Made by a program: the position numbers and the translations under genes. Positions 48,318 through 61,855 of a stretch of DNA of 64,000 nt are shown piece after piece; the stretch's first letter is position 1; the number at the start of each line of letters is the position of its first letter. Source of the stretch: Vitrella brassicaformis CCMP3155 (lineage: Eukaryota; Protista; Chromerida); assembly GCA_001179505.1 (NCBI GenBank), contig CDMY01000013.1, positions 62,001 through 126,000 on the forward strand, in the 5' to 3' direction. The notes under the pieces are model-generated. The model ran no database searches and had not been told where the DNA came from. It was given only the letters and a program-made list of their open reading frames with translations.

Positions 48318-50038
48318 GTGTGTGTGTGTGTGTGTGTGTTGATGAGGCTGACCTCAGTGCTGTGGCTTGTCATTGACAAGGAGGTCATGAGCTTGCTGAG
48401 GCAACCACAACCGGCTCCTGCCGCCACACGTCCTCCACCCAGAAGCCACGTGCTCATCGCCCGCTGATGCTGCGCTGAGCACGATGACCCGGCTGGCCGC
48501 GCGACTGCACCCTCACTGCCGTGAGTCGGTCACGACCGGCAAGTCGGCGATGCGGAAACTGACCGACAGACGTGACGACGCCAGGCCATCAGTGCGGCCT
48601 CGGTGGTCGGCTGCAGGGCCGCTCCCCGCGGCCCGCCGCGTCAGCACCAGAGCCCCGCCGGCCACCATCGGTGCATGCCGCGTCACCGAGCAGAGCGGCG
48701 GTCTCGTCGACCGTCCCATCCTCTCATCATCCTCTCATTTCATCGAGGGGGCGACCAAGACTCGACAGCTGTGACAGCGTCGCAGATGGCTGCCCCCCGT
48801 TGGCTTCAGCGTCGAACAGGTATCTGCACAACCAAGGAAGGCACACAGGAAGGATGAACGCCTCGCAGGTGAGTGTGGATGTGCCGTGCCCACGTGTTTC
48901 AGGTCATCGCATCGCTGCTGATTTGGCTGCACCGCACCTGTATGGCTGCCATTGAGCCGGGGGGTCATCCAGCTGCCTCGGGGGACCGCAGAGAGGCCTC
49001 CATCGAGGGCAGTTCTGCTGTGGGGGCCGATGCATCACAGAAGGAAGGCGTAAGTGGATGAAGCGGTGGGTAGACAATGAAGGAGCCTGCATACACACAC
49101 AGAGCAGTGATGCAGCTCGTGCGTAGCTGCCCGCCTGGTGCATTCTGAGCGTGCGCCTTAAGCACCTCGCGTGAAACAACAGAGTGAGCGGACCTCCGGC
49201 CTGCCTTTCGTTTTTGGACGTTTGGCGCTGCGGGGCACGTCGTGAGCGATGGAGGGGAGCCTCTCCATGCGGGATCTCCCTTGCCGCCACCCCTTTTGCC
49301 TTGCTGTGCCGCAGAAGATTCTTCCTGCTGTTGCCTCCCATCCGATGGCCGCCTCCAGGCATGTGTGGCACCCTCGTCCTCCACCATCAGCGCGTGAGGG
49401 AGGGCAGCAGCGGCGACTCAGCGGACCTCTCCAGTTAGCAGAAGGACCCCCTCTCGTGCACCTCAGGCAGCCACAGCAACAACCAGGCAAGGAATGAGGC
49501 AGGAGAGGACGGAACTTGCCTCGGCGAGAAAAAATATGTGTATTCCGGCGTGGTTGTCGCTTGCGTTGTCTCTTGACTTCTCGACACTCGACGGCGCCGT
49601 GTGAGCGGATGGCAGCCCAGCGGCCATGAAAAAGCGATGGGAGGCCAATATGGCACAAGCGGGGTGGGAGAAGGCGGAATGAGGACTTCGGCGGGGATGC
49701 GTGGACGGGTTATGCAGTGTTGATGGACACTGCACAGTGACGCGTGTTGGCTGCCGCTGGGCGTGTAGAGGCCTTTGGCATCGATGCAATGGCGTCAGAG
49801 AGGTAGGATAAGTCACGACTCGAATGAATGTTTGTGTTTGCGTGATCAGGTCGAGTGGATCGCGCCCCGCTTCGGCCGCCATCATCAAAAGAGCTAAGTT
49901 TTCGCCTGTTTGACGAGTTTGCGTCCAGTTGTGCGACGCCCGCATCCCCCTTCCCCAATCCCCCGTCCCCCTCGCCCCTCCCTCACAGAAAACCAACATC
50001 CGCCGGTCCGAAGCCGCCGGCAGGAGTGCTGAGGCGCC

Positions 50039-51290
50039 ATGCCGCCCTCAGATGGCTTCCGAATAGCCAGCCGGGTGGAGTTGCGGCACCAACACCACCC
50101 GGCTACCATGCCCGTCCCCACAAACGCCATCGCGGTGAGGACGGGCTATAGGGTGGCGGGGCATTCGTTCCGGGACCATAGGGAGTATTATGGGTGGGTC
50201 CTTCACTTCTCGGCCCGCCACCACTACACTAATACACACGTGGTAAGTTGTGAATGAGCAGATAGCAGTGCATGCAGCCATCCATCCATCCATCCATCCA
50301 ATATGCACAGACGAGTACGTGCAGCCGTCGACGCGTAATGGATGTGTTTGCTGTGTCTCTTGGTCCCTGCAGACGCTCCGACTGGACTACTACCTGCCCT
50401 ACATCATAGACTATCTAAACTTCACGGGTAACGTCATCCACACACGCGGCGACTACAATTATGAGTGAGCAGATGCCTCCACACATCCATACGTGTGTGA
50501 ATGCATGATGGGTGTGTCTGGTGTGTCTGGTGTGTCTCTCGCCCCTTCCTGCCTGTCTGCAGATGGATCTTTATACGGGAGCTGGTGACGATATGGAACC
50601 CGCAGCCCTGCCCCGAGCTGCGGGTCCGTCTGTACGTGTGGTTTAGGTGCGTAGCCGTGCCGATCGCTCTCCAGATCCGCGCGTCGCTGGGCCAGCCCAC
50701 CATCCTGCCTACCGGCAACATGGACCTGTACAGAGCTGCGGGTCGCTGGTGGGTGCGCATGGTGGGCGGCCCAGATGTGCTCATCCCGGAGAGATATGGT
50801 ACACACACAAAAGACAAGGCAAGGCAAGGCACTGGTGTCTGTTTGTATTTTGTGTTTTGTTTGTGTATGTTGTGTGTACCAATCAGGAATGCACTGGCAG
50901 CTGAGCCAGATAGCGCAGAACGGGGTGCGTGCTGCACCGGGTGCTGTGGCGGCCTACCCTCGGCAGCCCAACGCCAACACGCGCCAGCAGCTGGCCCACC
51001 AGCTGATAGCCAACTCAACGGCTGTGGCTGGGTACCAGTAGCTGGTGCACCAGATCATCAACAACTGCCAGCACCCGGGGCAGCACAACCAGCAGGTGGT
51101 CGATGTGGCCTACCTGTTCACGCACCCCCGTTTCTGCATAGGGCTGCAGTGTTTCCTGTTCGGCCACATCCCCCTCCCCGACCCCACTGACAGTGCCGGC
51201 CCACCCCCTGGACTTCAGCAACAACCAGCTGAACCATGTGCTGGCCCGGCTGCTCCAGTGACACCCGCTGCCGCCGCCGCCGGACGATGA
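50039..51290 (+). pseudogene. Hypothetical multi-exon gene with an in-frame TAG in the last exon
   Basis: Phase-consistent exons ...TNTHV|TSTCSRRR|TLRLDYYLPYIIDYLNFTG...NYE|WIFIRELVTIWNPQPC...PERY|GMHWQLSQ...AGYQ*LVHQIINNCQH...FLFGHIP. TAG at 51039-51041. Confidence 0.55.
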
Positions 51291-51417
51291 CCTGATCGAG
51301 CACGCCATCGAGGTGTGCCACACCCATCGGCGGCTGTGTGAGCTAGGGCGGCTGAGGCTGTCAGACACGGTGAGGGAGGTGGAGGCCAACATGGGGTACC
51401 ACTGAGAGCGGCTGGAG

Positions 51418-51476
51418 TGTCGATGAGTAGGTGTTTGTTGTCGATGAGTAGGAGGGAGTTGTTGTCGATGAGTAGG
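51418..51476. repeat. Three short direct repeats of TGTCGATGAGTAGG
   Basis: Copies at about 51418-51431, 51439-51452 and 51463-51476. Confidence 0.85.
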
Positions 51477-52307
51477 TATTTGGTTGGTTTGTCGGCACGA
51501 CCACCAGCTTGCCGTGTGGCCTCATGTGTGTGATGTGCCGGTCACACACGTGAGGCTGGTAGGCTGGTGGGTCGCTGCGGTGTGAGAAAGAAGTGGACGT
51601 AGAGAGGTGGATCGACGGAACAAGGGGCGTGAGTGAGTGACATCCACCCACTTGATAGGGTGTGATGGTGTTATTTGTGACGGTACGGTTGGCGGGCCGG
51701 GCTGCCTCTGTGTGCGTGGGACTGCATCCATGGTTCGTGCATCCTTCTGTGTGGGACTTTGCGGGTGGATGAACCACATACAAAAGAAGTTACCCAATCA
51801 GTCCATCTGGCTCGATCCGACCACACAGGTGTCGACAAAGTCACACACACCACGCACACACACACGTCGTACGAATGAATGCTCATGCTACCTGCGCGGC
51901 GGTGAGGTGACACTAGCTAGAGTGGATGGTGAATGAATGAATCAATGAATGAGTGAAGGTCTCCTCGCTCATCCAAGCCATGCCATGAAGCGTCATGACT
52001 GAGTCGGTATATTCTGCACATGCACCCATATATATATATACCACATCAATTGTCTGTCATGGATGATGCAATCCAGTCACCATCAATCACGTCACGCACT
52101 GGCGGTCACCTCCTCAGAGACGGCAGGCAGTGACGTCCCCCCACGCACTCGACCAACACCCAATAGCCCTGGGAGACGAAGCATCACATACACATACACA
52201 CACACTCAGTAGAAGTGCTCGTCATTGTAATCATCTGTCTGTACAGCCCCCCCGCCCCCACCCACCCACCTTGTCTGTCAGAAAGGTCCGCTCCAACGGT
52301 ATGGTGA

Positions 52308-55300
52308 TCATCCATGTGGTGTGATTGCAACCCGCCACCACGTGTCAATGACCGCCGTCTCCGCTGTGTGTGCGAGTGGTGATGAGAGTGGGGAGGGGGC
52401 CGCGCACCGGGGGACCGCTTGGACCACGCCCACATGGTGGCAGCGATGCCGGCGAAGAGGATGAATGCGGTGAAGACGACGACCAGCTTGACGTAGAGGC
52501 CCTGCTCGGTGACGGGCCCGCCCATGGTGTCGACCGGGCCGAAGTAGGTGAAATGGTTGTTGTGGCTGTCCTCTGAGCTGCCGAAATCCACACCATTGCA
52601 TGACACCTCAACCTACGGACAGGCAGACACACACACGTGTGCGTGTGGCTTTGGTGCTCTCTCCTTCCCACCCTCCCTCACCCGCACTCGTATGCGGGGG
52701 GCCTTGACGCGGTAGTCGGCACCTGCACAAGCAACACAGGCAGGCAGGCAGGCAGACCAGACATCCATTGCTGCAGCCACGCTCACATACAGCCAGCTCA
52801 CTTGTTTTGGGCGTGAAACACACGATGGTTGTCGGGTTTATCAACGCAGCAGGCGTGCTGCCCAGTGGCCCAAACCCACACCTGAGCCGGGATCGCTCGG
52901 CTGCCCACAAAGGGAAGGGGTGGTCACGGTCAGCACGCACCGTCATGCGGCTCGATCGTGTGAAGAGGCCTGATAGACATGCATGGATAAAATGACTGCA
53001 TGCATGGTGTGTTGGGTGTTTGGCTGTATGGGTTAGCGCGGCACCTGCAGTTGGCTCAATCGACACAATGCGCGGCTGGCTGTAAAACAGAAAACTAAAC
53101 CGACACAGACAGACCATTCAGCAGTCCTTGCACGGGGAGGGGTCATAGGCTGATAAAGGCTCCTCGTACGAGTGTCCTGTGTTGGTCCAGAGGTCTGTGC
53201 GATTCATGTGGCCGGCGAAGGTGATCTCGAAGTCGACACTCATGGGCAGCTGAGAGCCCTCGGGCAACGCAGGCGGGGCACTCACACAGCTGGATGGCAA
53301 CACACACACACACACTTGAATGTACTGGGTTGTGTGTGTGCCCTTTGGTGCCCACGTGAGGATCGACGGAGAGACGATGTGTGCAGGCACCTGCACCTGC
53401 CCGAAGCGGCACATTGGGTAGATCCTGAGTGAGGGCCACACACACACAGATGTGTGTACGGTACGTGTGCAACCCGCCCTTCCGCTGACACATCCACCAA
53501 CCAACCCACCCCTGTCTCTGCAGCTCTGCGTCGGTGTTTGGATCGGGGAATCCTTTGCCGTTGACACGAACGAGCGTCCCGCCCTTGACAGGACCACTGT
53601 CCACATCCAAGTAGTCGACCTCATAGGTGCGCAGCGGCTCCGGTGAGGCGGACCACGACACACCATTGAATGACAACCTGCATGACCCAGACACATCCAA
53701 CACACCACACCACACCATCCATCCATCCATTCAGTCATTACATACTTGAGTGTGAGCTGTTCTTGTCCGTTGTGTATGGGCGGCATGTAGCAGTGGGCGC
53801 CCGTGCCGTTGCTCTTGTCCACGACCTCGACACGAGTCGACACGTACTCCCCAAGGGCGCACACAGGCCGGCAGTTGAGGCATCGAACCGCACCATCCAG
53901 GTGAGAGCCCGTCAGGTCGATGCGCACAGCCTTGTGTGCAGGCAGCAGCCGGGGCGACACGCCGTCGACCTGACAGACAGACGCAGCCACAATATATCAC
54001 TGGTGACCATACCATATTGTGGGCGGTGTCGTCGTGGGTAAGTACCTTGGGTGCGGTGAAGTATGAGATTCCGCCGACAAAGAAGAAGTCATCAGGTGTG
54101 CCCCCATTCGTGAGGGCCACGGCGAAGGGCACCTGCTCGGTTGCTCGAGAGGGGGCGGGCGGGCAGGTACACCGGATGTGTGTGTCGTCACTACTGGCAG
54201 CCCCGAAGGTTCGAGAACCGAACCGGCAGACCGGGGAGGCACCCTGTGTATATGTATACAATACACACATGGGAAAGATGAGATGGCAATGCAATCAATC
54301 TGATGAGGCGCGGCACTGCACTGCACTGCACTCTCACGTGGAATCCTTGTCCAGTGACGGTGACGAAGTTGTTGGTCGACAGACCACCAGCTGGCGCCGC
54401 CAGGGGGCTGTAGCCGTCAAGCGTGAAGGCTGTGATGTGTGCATCCCCGTCGATGGCGTGCTGTTGGTCGTATGTCAGGGACACCCGGACGACGGAGCCT
54501 GGCTTCAACTCAGGGGCGATGCAGTTGACTGAAGAACCATTGCTGACACCAACACAAACATACCCACACCCACATCCGATCCATCGGGTGGGATTGTCCG
54601 CCTGTGCATAGCGTGTCCGTGTGTACTGCATGTACCCGTTCAGCGCCGGGAGGTCCATTGTGCCTGTGGCTTTGACCTCAGCCGCCCCAACGAAAATGGC
54701 TCCTTTGTCGACGCAGAACCGACATGTGGGCAAGGTCGCCCCCTTAACCAGCTTGTCGCCCTCCAACCTGCACGCCATCCCACATAGAGATGCCGACACG
54801 CGGATGCGGTGCATGTGTGGCGAGTGTCCCTCCCGCTGCCCTGCCCGCCGACCTGAGCTTCTGCGGTCCATTGTGTGTCGACACGAAGGAAGGGCTGACA
54901 CGGTGGAGCTTCGCACCTGCATGTTATGTATCATGTGTGTCCCTTTGTGAGGGTGAGGCTGAACGTGGCATGGCATGGCAGCCATTTGTTTTATGGTGGG
55001 TTGAGGGAGGACCTTGGTAGGAGAAGAATGGGACGGGGCTGGCGACGAAATCGACGCCGTTGAGCGTCACGGACAGGGGCACTGGCCCACTCTGACGTCA
55101 GGGTGGGTATGATGACACGTCGTGGACAGCAAGCACAGCACAGCACAGCACAGCAACCAATCCGATCTGGGGGCGTATAGTATATATTTGTGTAGGCAAG
55201 TGCAGTGCAGTGCTCGCCTCGCCTTGGTGAGTGGGGGTGTCCTGCACACCACCGATGTCGCCGTCACCTGCTCAGCTCTCACCTATGCACACACATCAGT

Positions 55301-58300
55301 CACATCACATACACACAACGTGCACACTGAGCATGAAGACGCTGAGCCGAGCCACCTACTTTGGTGTCGATGAATGAGCATTCCGTGACAGCACCGTCCG
55401 CCACTGCACCGCCAGCCAGCACAATGAATGAATGAATGCCTCCCGGAATCTGGAGGGCCAGACGTGGGTGGCCCCTACCCACACACTCACTGAGGTGGCT
55501 GCCGGTGATAGTCATTGTAGTGCCGCCCTCTTTTGGCCCTGCGTCATTGTCCAGAAGTGTAAGGGTGGGTGAGTGATTCTGGCAGGGCGGGGTGTGTGTC
55601 TGCCTGCCGCCCCGCCTCACCAATGGCTGGATGAATGTGTGTGATTGCCGGTGTTGGTAGTAGGGTGAAGGGCAGCCGCTCGCTGCTGAATGACGCAAGC
55701 CGGATGGCCTCCGCCCGGTCACCGATACCCTGCATGAATGAACAGACCACACACAGACGGAGGCACACGAATGTCTGTCTACCCACTGCACTGCTGTGCG
55801 GGTCTGGAAAACCTCCCTTAGACCAACCCAGTCGAAATTGGTGGAAATGTCGACATCAATGGTCACCGGGGCTGCACAGTGCAGGCGGTGCAGGGCACAT
55901 CACATGCATGGCATGTAGCCTCTTGCAGTGAGTGCAGCTGAGGTGAGTGAGCTGACGTGACGTGCCGTGCCTGTGAGTGTGCCATTGGCGTGTTTGGGAG
56001 TGACGAAGGAGAGCTTGGTGTTTGTAGAGGGGTCCATCGTGGGCAGCAGCACGTCGCCGCCTGAGTGAGTGACCCAAACATTACATAAGGATGGATGGAT
56101 GGATGGATCGATGGATTCATGGAGGTAGGTACCGAATCTGACAGCAGTGGTCTTCTTATGGAAGGGCGAGTCGTCCGTCTGTTGCACCCGTCACCCACAC
56201 GCAAAACACACAACACACGCCAGCGACGAGTGAGCGGCACACAATTCGACCCATCCACCATAGCGCCTTACAGTTGTGGCGGCGACGCGTGTGCCTCCGG
56301 TGTCGTAGCCAATGGTGGGTGAGAGAGACCGCAACTGCACACGCACACACACACATGCATCCAGTATGACATCACTGCGCACCTCCATGCCTTTGGATTG
56401 GCCACAAAGTCGACAGCAACCGATGACGCATCCCCAGGCGCCTTGACACCTACTCACTCAAGAAAGGACAAAATAGTCCTGCATCGTCAAGTCATCGGCT
56501 CAACTACCGGTGATCGAGAGCGATAATGACGACCGTTTTGGTGTGTCCACAGCGGGAGTTTCGACAGCAAACACGGCCCTGTATGCGGCTCCCGTATGAG
56601 TGTCACCCTGCATGTCAGCGAGCACAAAGAGGAACGAACCAGACACCATCGCTGTCCCATCCGCCCCGCCCCGCCCACCGTTTGCGCGTTGAGTGACAGG
56701 AGGGATGCAGCCGCCGACAGCTCGCCGCCCGAGAAGAGGACCCTGACAGAAACCAGCCAGCCGTTGCCATGGCCGTGGCGTGTGTGGTATGCGCAGGTTT
56801 GTATATAGGGTCACCGAGTGGGTAGTGATGCGGCAAGGGGATAGGTCCACTCAGTGGAGGGCGGCAAATCGACCGTCACGCTGACCACCTGTACAGGACA
56901 GACACGTCAGTCAGCGGCAAAGGTCATTCATACACCACACACACACGTGCATCACATCACACCCCTCACCGCGCCTCCTCTGATTGGCACTGCTGAGGGA
57001 CTTACACCCCGCACTACGGGCTCCTGTCTCGAAAGGAAGGCGCACACTGCACTTGCTTCTGCGTGGATATACCTGCCTGCCTGCCTGCCTCATGCTAGCT
57101 CAGCTTACATCGATGAGAGTGAAGGGTACCGCTGATGCACTCCATGTGGTGCCCCCGTTGCAGCTGACCCACACCCATAGGGGGCCCTCGCCCACACGGA
57201 GGGGGCCACCAACGTGGCCGGCAGACATGGCCTGAATGAAGCAAAGAAAGAAACAACACATCCATGCCATGCATCCGTCCGCAGCACAGCCAGCAACAGA
57301 TCGCCATGGATTGGACGCGTTCCTTCCTCTCAGCTCACCTTGACGATGTCAGCGATTCTGGGAATGTCGCAGGACACCTCTGTTGGACTCACGTACCTGC
57401 AAGTAGGTAGTGGGCGGAAATCGGCACCCCCACCCTTTTTACGTACTTGCCGCTGACGACGCAGTCGGTCTGTCCGCTGCACAGGAAAGGCACTGCAGCA
57501 GAGGGGAGGGGAGGGAGCGTGGGAGTGACGGGACGGACGCATGGGCCAGCATATCCGCTGGCTGACCTTTGCCGGACCCGCTGTCGGTCAGGCGACACTT
57601 GACTGAAGCAGCAAACACATCAATCACACGCAAACCATGGAGGCCCCCTCTCCCTCCCAAGTCAACGTGTTCCCTCACCTCCCTGGCCGGAAGGACCGAA
57701 CCCCACTCCCTCAACCTGTTCCATGCACACACAACAAGAGAGCATGGATGGATGGATGGATGGATGGTCAATCCCTTGTGTTTGTTCTCACTCCCTCACT
57801 GTGAGGTCTGTGGTGCCAACCGGCACGTATGGTGGTGTGGACGCGAGTATGGGTTGGCTGAGCGACCACACGAAGGGTGTCTCCGAAACGCTCCACAGCA
57901 CTCCGTCAACCGTTACAGAGACGTTCACGGCTCCCGGACTGCCCCATGGCGGCAGACGGCACCTTATCTCGCTCTCAGACACAAACCACGCCGTCACATC
58001 CTGCATATGGCATGATTAATGTGTGTGAATGGTGGGAGTTGGAACGGTACCCCCACTCTGCCTGTCTGTCTCACTCACCTGGTGCTGGTGGAATGCGTTG
58101 TGCCACCCTGGTGCCACAATCGGACGGCCCCCACCGCCAAAGCGACACTTGAGGTGAGGCGTGCGCCTGAACCCATGACCATACACAGATACCTCTGCTG
58201 AGCCACACCGCACACAGACAGACAGACAGACAGAAGAGACAGAGCTATGCTTTACTTCACGGACTGTCCACCAGAGCATGTGTGTGTAGTACATGGTGGT

Positions 58301-61300
58301 TTGTCGATGTCTGCTGCCTGTGGCGTGAGGCCCTTGACCACCGGTGGCTGCACGTACTCAAATGCCGCTGCATACGGATGGCTTGCGAAGAAGTCCCGGC
58401 CGTTGGTCGACACCGACAGCGACACCTCCTCGCTCCAATGCCACTTGGGGGTCAAGCAGTGCACTGATTCCAATCCACACACACACAGGGAAGGGAGCCA
58501 CCCAGGGGGACACAAATCTTAAGCTCTGTTCCCCTCATCCCTCTCTCGTACCAACGTTTCGCCGCACTGCTTTGCCCGCCATAATCACCGTCTCTTTGTC
58601 GCGAGTGAATCGGCACCACACGGGCAGGTCGTCAGCAAGAGTCAGGCCGGTGCCGACCACTTCAACCAGCTCGCCGCCCGCAATGGAGCCTCTGGCGGGC
58701 ACCACTGCACGGATGACTGGCGGGGGCAGGACGGCAATGGCAAGTCCATCTGCTTTCACACACACAAGCGATGAGATGAGACCTTCCATACAAAGGAAGC
58801 CAGGCGGTCATCTTATCTTCCCAATCTTTGTATATTGACGCACCTCTCTCTTTGCTGCCGATGACGTCGACGCCATTCAGCGCTAGTGTCTGCACAGAAA
58901 GAATACCACGCATGTCATGATCACACACATAGGCGGATCGGATGGGGTCCGAAGACCTGTGCGTTTGGGTGTGGTGTGGTGTGCCAATCTAACTAACCAG
59001 GCGGTATGCGCCGGCCAGCACTTTGGGCACGGTGCACTCGACCAGCACCTCTGACGCTTTCATGGCCTCGGGCAGCATGTCTGCCCCTTCCTTGACGTCT
59101 TTTCGCTTCACCACACGGGCTGCAAGCGAGTGCATGCCAAACCTGACATATATGACAGGCACCGCACACGAGGACGCAGACGAAGAGTGAGTGACACGCA
59201 GGCCGGGCCGGGCCGGCGGCATGGCATGTCATGTGGCCTGTGGGTTGGGTTGGCTCGGCTTACATGCAGGCCGGGCTGCACGTTTCCCCTTCTGCGGTCG
59301 GCAAGTTGTCAACTGCATGCGATGCACCCACAGGACAACACATGAGCCAGCCGTATGTATGTGTGTAAATGGGCCAGGCCACCTCTGAGCAGCAGCACTC
59401 CTCCGGACTCGTATAGGACGGCAGGGAATGCCTCGGCGAGGAACGGAGGAGTTTCGGATGACCCTGTGTAGGTGAAGGGCAGCGGTGGACCGAACCATCG
59501 ACGGCCGCCATCGATGGACATCTGCACGTCGGCCCCGCCATATCCCGCTGGTGACGTACAGAGGGCTCGAGTAGCACTGAATGATATGAAGCAAGAACAC
59601 AGAAAGACACACAAGCACGGTGGGTACGGTCAGACAATTGAGTGTGCCCTGCCCGTGTGTGGATGTCATGTCGACCTGAGTATCTCCATGGGAGTACTTG
59701 TGCCTCCGAACCGACACAGAGGCCGCAGCTCAACACCCTCCCCTCCAATCCTCCCCAATGCCCGCGCGTAGGCCACCTTGGCGACCACCTTGGCGACGCT
59801 GACACTCTTGTTGACGGGCTCATCGACGTACGGCAGGCCCTCGGCACTGACCTCAACCTGCATACAAACACATATGCACGTCACGTAGGTAAGTGGGTGT
59901 GTTGCTGGTACGGTAGGTACTGCTTCATGTACCTACCTGAGTGCCTCCCGAGTAGGGGCCGCATGACGGTGTGACGCGTGTCAACCTCGGAGGGTCGTAA
60001 AAGAGGAAGGGGAGAGAGCGGGAGCTCTGACATACATGACAACAGACAGCACCGACGCACACACAGGGAGGGAGGGAGGGAGGGAGGTCAGAGTGAGAAG
60101 GCGCCGAGCCTACCTCAGCCACGTCTGGCAGCACGAGAGCGAAGTCAACCTGGTCAAGAAATCACAATTAGTGGTGAGCTCAGCTCGCTGGTGTCCCTCC
60201 CTACACTTATCTCCCTCTCTCAACCTCTTTTTGCCCACCGGTCCTGGTTGTGTCATCTTTGGCGTCACGCACAGCAGTAAGGAGCTTGTCAAAACCTGCT
60301 CAGTCAGTCACGACAGACGTCAGAAACACACACCATACTACTACACTACAGGCATGCTCGTCCCCCCATGCCTTGGGTACTTCCATACCTTGGCTGGCAC
60401 GGTGACACCACCGAAACGACACACAAGGCGGGGCAATGTCAATGTCGCAGAGGGCGATGGAGATGGGGATGGAGCCGACGCAAACATGTCAAAACCCACA
60501 CCTGCACTCAACTCACACCACACACACACATGCACATGCATACGCACACACACACAGATAGAGTACATGGCTATCAGAGTGAATGGCGGCGTTCATTGCC
60601 ACGTTACGTTGGCTGACCCGACCCACCTGTGACGTTGATGGTCTCCTGGCCGTCCGTGACAGCCAACTGCGGTGCCAATGAGAGCGCTTCAGGAGGCGCC
60701 GCGAATAGAAACGAGTATCCAGTGTCCATAAAATCACCCTGAGTGAAGCTCACCTACGCACAGCGCAGTGCACGGGGCACACACACCAGGTAGCAGCACA
60801 GCAACCACCCCACCCCACCCAGCTGTGTGTATCTATCTTGACACGACACACGTACGTATATCCTGAGCGTCACTCGCTCATACGAGGGAGGCGTCCGACA
60901 GCTCAGACGAGTGGGGTGATCAACAATACTGCATGCCATGCCATGGCATGCCATGGCACACACAAACACACAAAACACACAACGCACTCTATGCTATGCC
61001 TCCTCCAGCTCAGCTAGTTCGGTTCATGTGCGTCGTACGACACTCACGTGGCCATGACTTCAAAAGCATCAGAGAAGTCCCCAAATCGACACCGCGGCTC
61101 AAGGCCAGCACTGGCACCCGCCACTTGACTGTCGCTGCCATTTGTAGAGGGGGCGGGGGGCATCTTTGGCAGTCCGCTGGTCGTTATCACCACCTCTGTG
61201 CCGCCTGCATACAAAGGAGTGACGTGAGTGACACCATGGACAGACTCACTCACACAGATCCGATTTGGGTGTGGTCTTAGCGCCGTGGTCACACACCTGT

Positions 61301-61417
61301 CCGCGGGCCCATCAATGGCGCTGCGCCAGTGAATGTCACCTCTGCCCCGCATTGAAGCAGGAGAGTGGCGTACGTCAAAACCACGATAAGAATCAGCCGA
61401 CGACAGAAGGCCGTCAT
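52308..61417 (-). CDS. Giant type I membrane protein with roughly 14-16 IPT/TIG (Ig-like) repeats
   Basis: Signal peptide MTAFCRRLILIVVLTYATLLLQCGA. Repeated P-x-x-G-P-x-x-GGT-x-V-x-V-x-G starts (TPSCGPYSGGTQV, DNDAGPKEGGTTMTITG, DVDSGPVKGGTLVRVNG) and CRFG...C-x-x-P motifs across more than 30 small exons. C-terminal TM helix LYVKLVVVFTAFILFAGIAATMWAW. The tail end is uncertain (52184-52400). Confidence 0.88.
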
Positions 61418-61855
61418 GAGTGCACTCCAGGTCTGAGCTGCTGATCTCGACAGACAGAGATCTAACGCATCAACACAAGCAGCTGTCAGGGCACCTGTAA
61501 GGCACGGGCAGGGGCAATTCATCTGCGTGATGTGATGAGTGGATAGATAGGCATGCCTGCCTGCCTGCCTGCGCGTCCATACCGTCCTACCTACTCATCC
61601 ATCGCAAAAGAGTCGAGCCGTCAACGGCAGGAGATCTGTGATCAGTAAGGTGCGATGCGGCACACTGTGCGTCGGGAAGCGCATCGCCATCGCCGTTTCA
61701 AAAGCTCGCAAATGCGGATCGGCGGGGAGGACGAAAGAGAAACGGCAGATAGAGTGTTGTCGAACAACCTGCTGCGTCGGTTTCACACCCATTGTGATAG
61801 CCATCTAGATGGCTTGAAGCCGCGTCAGTCAAAGTAGAGCGCATCTTGCGGCACG

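Noticed and set aside
48703-49371. Possible minus-strand gene (..QWQPYR|YLFDAEANGG..)
   Set aside because: One junction fits in phase, but the upstream exon and start are unconvincing and there is no homology signal.
51418-51476. Triple repeat as a CRISPR-like array
   Set aside because: Spacers are only 7-11 nt, the context is eukaryotic and there are no cas genes.
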